DNA of 32,879 bases from Conidiobolus incongruus B7586. Its lineage: Eukaryota. Numbering within the stretch: position 1 is the first letter of the stretch; every line of letters begins with the position of its first letter. Positions 23,958 to 32,879 of this stretch are shown piece after piece. The stretch lies in contig JNEM01012004.1 in assembly GCA_000697335.1 (NCBI GenBank), positions 1 to 32,879 on the forward strand, read 5' to 3'. A program made the position numbers and the translations under genes. Under the pieces are notes generated by a model. It searched no databases. It was given only the letters and a program-made list of their open reading frames with translations, and was not told the origin of the DNA.

Positions 23958-24398
23958 ATGAAATTCTATATTCCAGCTTGCCTTGTTTCAATTACCTTAG
24001 CCACTCCGATTCTTCAAGTAACCACTAACGATAGTTCGTTACTATCTCGACGTGGGAATACATTCGGTCAAGGAGATTCTGGAGGTAGTGTCAGCGATTC
24101 ATCGCACAACGTTGCTATCAGCTCAATAGGGGATAGTTTCATGAGCGGCGAAAACAATACATTCAACCCTATCACAAATATTATTCATGGACCTGCGAAC
24201 GATTTTTTTACACGTAGAAGTTTTTTAGAAGGAGTTGGAATATTAGGAAATGCTGGTGCTAATACTGATAGCTCAAAAACTCTCAATGTATTTACTAAGG
24301 GGAATCAGCAGCTAACAGGTCAGAATATTCAAAGTAATCCAAGTTTAACAACTGGTGGTTTGAACTCGAATGGATCTATTTTAAGAGAATTTAATTAA
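23958..24398 (+). CDS. Small secreted RR-processed bipartite precursor, copy 5 (146 aa, divergent subfamily)
   Basis: Layout 15+17+55+59 aa with sites LLSRR and FFTRR. Motifs GVGILGN and GNQQLTGQ. TATAAAAA at 23879. Confidence 0.9.
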   Translation: MKFYIPACLVSITLATPILQVTTNDSSLLSRRGNTFGQGDSGGSVSDSSHNVAISSIGDSFMSGENNTFNPITNIIHGPANDFFTRRSFLEGVGILGNAGANTDSSKTLNVFTKGNQQLTGQNIQSNPSLTTGGLNSNGSILREFN

Positions 24399-25674
24399 TT
24401 TTAATAATACAACATTAAAAATACCCCAATTCAATACAATACTTGGAGTTATGAAATTTATTATAAAAATTTAATTTCAACTTTAAAATTTAAAAAATCA
24501 TATTATTTAATAATACTTTCTGATAAATATGTAAAACTTATGTTTTAATACCATAAGTTTAGTTTTATATGACAATTTAATTCAATTTAATTGAAGGAAT
24601 ATAATTCTGATAATATTTTTGAAATTTGATTGAAACTTCACTATTTAATAAAGTATTTAAATTATAAACTAAGTTCAAAAATACAATAAATTCAGTAGCA
24701 TATAAATTATCTTCATAATGAATATGAGCGATAGCATATATAATTAATTGAACCTTTAATCAGATTTCAATGGTTAAATTTTGAATAACTGTAGAAAATT
24801 TTATATTTAATTAGTTTGAATAATAATGTTTATATTTTAATATATATTTGGTGTTAGCATATTTATCTCAATATTTCAATGAATTTCAATTTTATTTTAG
24901 AATATTCGAGACTGATCAAATCTTTTGTATATAAAGAAATATATATTTCAAATAATATCAAACTAATAATATATCTATATTTAACAAACTAGAAAAAGCA
25001 TTAAAAAATTACAAATTTTAATATAATATGCTAAAAATATACACAGCAATTTCATCAACAAAATTCATTATTATTTTTTAAATATTAAAAAGTTTTAATA
25101 TTGTAAATTTCTTACTAATATCACCTTGAATTATTGATTCTTAAAATTTTTAAATTGATTATTTCTAATAAAGGAATGTTATATGTATACCAACTTTAAA
25201 GTTGGTTTAATTTATATATACAATGAGATTTTGCAAAAAAAAATAATATCAAAAATAAATATTCTTAATTATGATTGATTTATATAAAATATTTAACATT
25301 TTATTTATGTTTAAAATCAGAATTGAATCAATAATATCGTTTGACAATGCCATATTATAAATTAATATCCAAAATAATAAATTTCTCTATTAAAATTATC
25401 ATTATTTATTAATTTGAAACGAAGTCACAATTAAATTTTAATAGATTTTCAGGAATCAAATTACAGAATGTTGAATTTGGAATAAAATTTTGTTTCAGAA
25501 AAAATTGATCTGAAATTGAGAAATTTTAATTAATCATGTATCATATTTGAGATCCATTTTGTATCAAGGGAAAATTAATATGATGATAGCTATTATCAAA
25601 GGGTATAAAAAGATTGTGGTGCAATGTAATATTAATATCATCAAATATTGAGTTAATAATCAAATCAAAATAAA

Positions 25675-26109
25675 ATGAAATTCTTACTCGTTGCATTATT
25701 CACCTCTGCTACTTTAGCTGCCCCTGCCTTCCAAGTCATTAGCAATGGTGGAAGCGTTTTAGCTCGTCGTGGTAACCAAGTTGGAGGAGGAGACCGTGGA
25801 GGTACAGTGCATGACGAATCAAAATCAGTAGCTGTTGATGCCCATGGGGATTCAATGTTCTCGGGAACGGGTAACATTTTAACATCAGTAAACAATGTGT
25901 TCGGTGGAGATACCAAAGATGCTCTATTGTCTCGTAGAGGTCTCCTTCAAGGTATTGGTATTATCGGTAATGGTAATTCTAACCAAGATAGCTCTAAGAA
26001 TGACAACGTCATCTCTGGAGGCGACCAACAATTATCTGGTCAGCATATTAGCAATAATCCAGTCTTAACTGTTGGCGGTACTACAACTGACCAACATATT
26101 TCAGGCTAA
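25675..26109 (+). CDS. Small secreted RR-processed bipartite precursor, copy 6 (144 aa)
   Basis: Layout 15+17+56+56 aa with sites VLARR and LLSRR. TATAAAAA at 25604 (-71). Confidence 0.9.
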   Translation: MKFLLVALFTSATLAAPAFQVISNGGSVLARRGNQVGGGDRGGTVHDESKSVAVDAHGDSMFSGTGNILTSVNNVFGGDTKDALLSRRGLLQGIGIIGNGNSNQDSSKNDNVISGGDQQLSGQHISNNPVLTVGGTTTDQHISG

Positions 26110-27065
26110 TAGTGGAATCGTATCACATCAAATTTTTTCTTAGTCAAACATTTGTAACATATAAAAACCATTAATAAAAATCAATCAATATTGTCATAAA
26201 TTTCCCTACTTTAGCCTAATTTTATAATAAAATTAATAATTAAATGGTAGAATATATCTAATACATTCTATAGAGAATTTTTTAAATGTATGATATTTAT
26301 GAAATAGTTTAAATATAAAATAAACTATTCAGAGATAAGTTTAATGACACATAAGGATACAAATATAGTTTATTGATTATATAATTTTCTATTACTACTT
26401 AAGGTATTTTATAATTGCAAAATATTTAATAAACAATCAGAGAAAATTAATACTAAATATATTATAGAACAGCGATATTATTTATCTTGATTTTTTACAA
26501 AAACCTATTGAAAGAGCAAATTGAACTTGATGGATATGGGGTATAATAGATGAAATAAAAAATATTTTTTACTTTTACATTTCAAGAAAATAAATATAAT
26601 AATTAAAATAAATTGATATATATATATTAATGCCAAATAATGACAGGATAGTATTAATATTTTCATTTTTGTGATATTAAAAACGAAATGAAATAAATAA
26701 CTAATATTGGAGTGATGTTTGTAATTTGCTATATATCAGATCATCAAATTATTAATTCTACATTTGCTAATATCTACAATTAAAAATAAACAACCTCGAG
26801 AATAAATCGAACCTTCATATATATTATCGAGGCTTAGACTAAAAGAAATGTTTGATTTGAAGATCATCAGCATGAATTAATTATAAATCAATTCTATAAG
26901 TAAATATTTATTGAATAAGTTGATGGCCATTTGCTTCAAATTTTGGGGCTAATAAAAAAATATGTTAATTTAAAGAGTTTGAAATTGATATAAATGGACA
27001 GATGGAGTTCATCAGTATAAAATATCAATTATTTTGATAATAAAATACATAAATATTGTTTAAAA

Positions 27066-27500
27066 ATGAAATTCTTATTGGTTACTTTATTCACCTCCAT
27101 TACTTTAGCCGCTCCTGCCTTCCAAGTCATTAGTAATGGTGGAAGCGTTTTAGCTCGTCGTGGTAACCAAGTTGGAGGAGGAGATCGAGGTGGTGAAGTG
27201 AAGGATCAATCATCATCTGTAGCTGTTGACGCCCATGGGGATTCAATGTTCTCCGGAGCTGGTAACGTCTTAAACTCTGTAAATAATATTTTCGGTGGGG
27301 ATGCCAAAGATGCTCTATTATCTCGTAGAGGTCTCCTTCAAGGTATTGGTATCATCGGTAATGGTAATTCTAACCAAGATAGCTCTAAGAATGACAACGT
27401 CATCTCTGGAGGCAACCAACAATTATCTGGTCAGAACATTAGCAACAATCCAGTATTAACTGTTGGTGGTACTAAAACTGATCAATCAATAACCGCTTAA
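27066..27500 (+). CDS. Small secreted RR-processed bipartite precursor, copy 7 (144 aa)
   Basis: Layout 15+17+56+56 aa. TATAAAT at 26989 and ATCAATT at 27024. Differs from copy 8 by one residue. Confidence 0.92.
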   Translation: MKFLLVTLFTSITLAAPAFQVISNGGSVLARRGNQVGGGDRGGEVKDQSSSVAVDAHGDSMFSGAGNVLNSVNNIFGGDAKDALLSRRGLLQGIGIIGNGNSNQDSSKNDNVISGGNQQLSGQNISNNPVLTVGGTKTDQSITA

Positions 27501-30298
27501 AATCATTTTCATTATTCAAAAAATTCATTAACGAACTTATTTCAATAAAATAATAAAAGTATATTTGTTTTTCAATCTTTTATTGCCATCATATATTTAT
27601 ATTAATGCTATATAATATATCTCTATACTATTCGTTGAATTATTAAAATGCAATAATTAATTTCAAATCATTTTCTATGATAATTTAATGGTTTTGTGAA
27701 TATATTACCCTATTAAACATATATATTATGGTGCGAATTTAAAATAAGTGGCAGGTTTAAATGTAAATACACAATATCTCTGATGAATTTAACAATTATA
27801 TAACTTCTTATATATCTGAGAGCTTGGTTTAAAAAATTTTTCTAACAAATAATTTACACATATAAAATTAATATATTAATATTAACTTGATCTAGGTTGA
27901 GAAGAAATATCATTAAATATAACATTATCCAAATCATCTTTAAACAAGTATTTTAAATTCAGTAATAATCTTTGGTATACAAATACTATTTAATAAAAAT
28001 TAATAAAGAATTAAACTTTAAAATTATATAAATTAATATTTGTCCTTTGTATAATATAATAATATAATCAACCTATTTGTTAAATTCTTGATATATATAA
28101 TATCCCTAATATATAAATTTAACAAATTGAAGGTGTTTGATTCAGTTAAATTCTCAAAATATTTTTTCTTGACTCTTATTTTATAATGATAACTAGCCCT
28201 TTATACTTTCTATATAATATTTTCAATATATAGTGATTAATATTTTATAATTTAATATATTATATATTTCTTATAATAACATAAGTATACCGAATAAAAC
28301 AATTTATCATAATAAATAGAATGTATTTTATATTAATATACTAACCTAATAAATAAGAATTAATAATATATAACTTTCAAAATTATTTTTGATAAAACCT
28401 TGAAACTTGTATTGCATAAACTTTGCATTTGTTTTTAAATCCAATAATATTTAATTTTCATTTATTTATAAAAAACGATTTTTCTATTTAAAATTATATA
28501 TTTTATAATATTCTTAATATAATAATAACTATAATAAATGAAGCTATTCAATTTTAAAACTAAACATTATCATGAATCTTGAATAATATTCAGTTCATTT
28601 AATTATTATTTGATAATTGAGAAAACTTCAATATAACTTTGAAAAAATTATTTTAAAAATCATATAATTCATATTTTTGAAATTTTATAATTTTTGTCCT
28701 AATATTTCTTAACCATTGTCTTTATATTAATAAATTTATTATAATATATTAAACTTATATTTGATTAATATCTGAATTATCAATTTTTTTTCTTATAAAT
28801 AAAGAAAATATAATCAAAACTAAAAAAGTTTATAACTTTTTTTATTTAATAATAGATATATAATTATACAAATAGTTATCTTTGAATATTTTTATTAAAT
28901 ATTATATTACTATAAGGAATATAGAATAATTAAATCATTATTATCCAAAAATAAATATGTTTTTGCTTAAATTTAATTTTTTGAGTTATTATAATTATTC
29001 AAAATTTAAAACTTATTTTCAGAATAATATATATAAGTATATACCATATTTGATTAAATAAAAGTTTATAAGATATATATTATTCAATAATTATATCATC
29101 AAAAACTAATATTAGTTTAATGTTTTTTATTTTAATTCAATCAAAACTTTGATGGTTTTGAAAATATCAAATATTTAATTATATTTATATATTAACTTTT
29201 ATTTGATAAATATCTGATTTAATATGCATCCATATATTACTTATTCATAATTTATAATTATTTGATAATATAGCAAAATATCTTAATTTGGCATATAACC
29301 AATTTGGAATCAGTTGAAAAAATATTAATATCCACAAATAATAATTAGTTCAAAAGAATATATATTGGATAAACTTAACTAAAATGATATCAATTTAATC
29401 TTTTCTAATTCTCAACTCATAATATTGATTAATAATAAATTTATCTCAATGTTTAAATTCATATATAATCATAACAAAGACCAATATACCAGTTATTTAC
29501 CCTATCTGTTGTTTAATTCATTATATCCTATCAGATTTATTGAACTAAATTAGACAAATAATCACCAAACTAAAGTATTAAAATATATTCATTTAATAAA
29601 TTCAATTAAATTTATATTTATTTTGATAATTTTTAATCAAATAAATATTTATATATTGGGAATAAATTGAGCAATATTAAATAATAAATTAAATTAATTG
29701 TATTTATAATACACTTATTAATTCTTATATATGATAAATATTAACTTTCAATAAGTCTATATGAACAATATTGATCCCTACGATCAAAATGATAATTTTC
29801 TATATAATAAATTGGAAATATAAATTAAAATTTATAAAGTTTAGCAATTTAAAAATATATACTGGCGGCATTTTACTCGAATTTTCATTTTATTATATTA
29901 TTCAAAACTTAAATATATAGAAATGAATATTTTCAATTATTATGGAAATATTTAATTCTATAATAAAATTATCAGATATTTTAATTAGTTATTCCGTTAT
30001 TTTAGGCTCATTGTATAATTCTACAATAGTTAAAAATTAGAGTATTAAGATATCTAATTAAAGTAGACAATTTTAATTAAATTCAATTATTTTTTTATAA
30101 TCTAAGATAATTTTATCCATTGAAATTTATCAAAAATGAAGAAATTTAATATCATTTAATTGTTACCAATCAATCTGTAAGGCTGATTGTAGTTTCAAAA
30201 TTGCTTATTGAGAGTTAACATATATATATAATGAGCGTTGTTATTTTTCTATTAATTATTGATACTTGGAACTATAATATATTATACACTATATTAAA

Positions 30299-30733
30299 AT
30301 GAAATTTTTATTAATTACTTTATTCACCTCCATTACTTTAGCCGCTCCTGCCTTCCAAGTCATTAGTAATGGTGGAAGCGTTTTAGCTCGTCGTGGTAAC
30401 CAAGTTGGAGGAGGAGATCGAGGTGGTGAAGTGAAGGATCAATCATCATCTGTAGCTGTTGACGCCCATGGGGATTCAATGTTCTCCGGAGCTGGTAACG
30501 TCTTAAACTCTGTAAATAATATTTTCGGTGGGGATGCCAAAGATGCTCTATTATCTCGTAGAGGTCTCCTTCAAGGTATTGGTATCATCGGTAATGGTAA
30601 TTCTAACCAAGATAGCTCTAAGAATGACAACGTCATCTCTGGAGGCAACCAACAATTATCTGGTCAGAACATTAGCAACAATCCAGTATTAACTGTTGGT
30701 GGTACTAAAACTGATCAATCGATTACCGCTTAA
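30299..30733 (+). CDS. Small secreted RR-processed bipartite precursor, copy 8 (144 aa)
   Basis: Differs from copy 7 at 5 nucleotides, all at the CDS extremes. A TATATA run lies at ~30221-30231. Confidence 0.92.
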   Translation: MKFLLITLFTSITLAAPAFQVISNGGSVLARRGNQVGGGDRGGEVKDQSSSVAVDAHGDSMFSGAGNVLNSVNNIFGGDAKDALLSRRGLLQGIGIIGNGNSNQDSSKNDNVISGGNQQLSGQNISNNPVLTVGGTKTDQSITA

Positions 30734-31291
30734 ACAATTATCAAAAATAAATTTTTTGGATCATTCATTTACATTAATATCACTAAAAATCACATTAAAA
30801 CCAATTTAACTTTCAATTATTATTTAAATGTATTAATATATATTTAAAGCTTAACAAATTTTGACTAAACATTGTTTATTGTAAAATTAAGTATAAAATT
30901 AAAAACGATCAATATTATTCAAATTGAATATATTACTTATAAAAAGTTGTGTGGTTTAATAGAGCTATGATGTGACAAATATTTATTATTTGTAACTCCC
31001 TATCATTTTCATATCCAACATTGATTAGCAGGTTTAAATTGGAATTATGATTTCGATTGATTTAAAAATGATTGAAACAAAGATAACTATTGAGGTTGTC
31101 AAATAATTTGATAAATTTGTATAGTATTCCACGAGAATCTTTATTATTGAAAAAATCTTATTCTAATATTAGTAAATATAAATTTAATATGTTTATTATT
31201 GAAAAGAACTGTTTATATTTGAAAATTTGGGGTGGAAATTATTGATCAAATAGCGATAACATAATATAGTCTAGATCAATTATAATTGATA

Positions 31292-31780
31292 TATTTAGTA
31301 CCAGTTTCAAATTTCTATTCAGGTGTATCAATTTCTGATAAACTTGATCAATTCCTCATTCAACTTGATATGAAAGTAAGAGATTGTGCTATCACTGATC
31401 CACGTAAATAATATAACAGGGATGGTATATAGAGTAATAATTATTGCGATAAGGATATGGGAAATATATAATGATGAAGAATGGGAATAGAAGACTTAAA
31501 ATAAATATTACTATAATTAACATCAAAAATCTTATATCTGTATTTTTAAAATTCTATAATCATGGTTTGCTAAATCACTCTATAAAACAATGAAACTATC
31601 GATCACATTGGCAAATCGATTTGATTCTTAGAAAATATTATTAACTATCTTTCTAACAAATTCATCAATAAAGTGGTGATTACATGCCTAGAATGTTTGA
31701 AAGACTTTTTCAGCTTAGGGAAACTCAAATAATTTGATGATATTAACTGTATGTTTGATTCAACTTTGTTCAGGATTGTC
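31292..31780 (+). mobile_element. Probable decayed retrotransposon gag (capsid) fragment
   Basis: Across stops and frameshifts it reads FYSG...KLDQFLIQLD....ITDPRK, then A..IW......W..EDLK*IL, then L*NNETID..ANRFD (like the Q...E(S/T)V..Y..RF major-homology region of Ty3/gypsy gag), then KFIN. By-eye only. Confidence 0.4.
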
Positions 31781-32879
31781 AGTAAATACTTCCTTTCAAA
31801 GACTAATATTTGGATAGACATCTAACAGGTAGAAATTAGAGGTTTTTCTACCACATCTCTAACAAACTCATTAATATAGCTAGTTATGATTTCATTGAGA
31901 CCAGATCCACCAAACTAATATCAATGACAACAACCTCTTATTTTGAATATATCTTAGTTAAAAAGAAATGGCTTTACCAACATTTTAAATACAGATGTTT
32001 TCTTAATCTTATTCATTTCTATGATTCGAAGTAAATGTTAACCATAAATTCTGAAGTTATAAAATTCTATTTTAAATATAAAAAGTAATATCAAGCTCTA
32101 AAGTTTAAAAACTTAAACCCTTTTTCAATTTATTTTTAATATATTTTAATATTCTAAAACTAGAAATATTATTCTTATTTATAAAAGCTAAGAAATAATC
32201 CTTATAAAAAAGTTGATAAATTTAAATATATTATTTTCTTAAAATAAAATATCATATTTAAAATAGCAAAATATTTAGTATTGGATTGCCTTTCCTTTTT
32301 CTTATTAAAAATACTTTTAGCAAAAAAGTGCTATAAGATTTCATTATAAATTATTTAATAAATATTAGTTGAAACAAAGAATTAATTCAATTTAATATTT
32401 ATTAATCAAAAGTTATTTAATTCTCAATATTACATATAAAATATTAAAATAAAGTTTGAATAAGTTTACATTTATACTGAATACTGAATTAAAAAATAAA
32501 ATATATCATTTATATATTATAGATTTATAATATATTCTCAAAATTAAAATATTAGAAATAAAAATAGTTAATAAATCCAACTAGTACATATATCATTTTT
32601 ATTGATTTTTATAAGCTTGATAGTGATTTTTGTTAATATAAATATTAATATTAAAGATTTTTTTAAATTTATAAAAACAAATTTTAATATATTAAAGATA
32701 ATTGATGAAAATTAATTATATTATATAATATTATATTATATTACATTTTGATATTTGTTAATTTAATTTTTATTTAACTATATTTAATAAAAATATCAAC
32801 GTTTTGATACTAATATCATTCTATTTATATTACACTTGTAAAATACATTAGTTTATAAATATCTATTAAAAATTTTAAA

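Noticed and set aside
14818..30733. Array genes as hydrophobins or dikaritin/RiPP precursors
   Set aside because: There is no 8-Cys pattern, the modules are long (~55 aa) rather than short repeated cores, and no DUF3328/UstYa or other tailoring enzyme is in the window.
1..32879. CRISPR array, rRNA or bacterial operon structure
   Set aside because: No regularly spaced short repeats or rRNA-like segments were seen, and gene architecture is eukaryotic. AATAAA hexamers after stop codons were not called because they are ubiquitous at this AT content.

Overview
Very AT-rich, gene-sparse eukaryotic DNA with intronless ORFs, TATA boxes and a tRNA. It is most consistent with an early-diverging fungus (Conidiobolus/Entomophthoromycotina-like; this is inference, not a database match). 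The window holds three gene families that appear to be undergoing birth-and-death evolution. (1) One intact secreted class 3 lipase (5567-6559) is flanked by two or three decayed paralogs. (2) One intact rhodopsin-like (class A) 7TM receptor (10299-11255, minus strand) has at least one decayed paralog. (3) A co-oriented tandem array of eight small secreted precursor genes (14818-30733) shares the layout signal peptide - propeptide-RR - module A-RR - module B. The two ~55-aa modules lack Cys and Trp, are rich in Gly/Asn/Ser/Gln, appear to be ancient duplicates of each other, and look like Kex2-released beta-rich (functional-amyloid or repellent-like) peptides. The array shows near-identity confined to coding sequence and module swapping (gene conversion), plus A-only and B-only derivatives. 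Also present: tRNA-Lys(UUU), three LTR-like relics and a probable decayed gag. Pseudogene and LTR calls come from by-eye translation and alignment and need computational confirmation.
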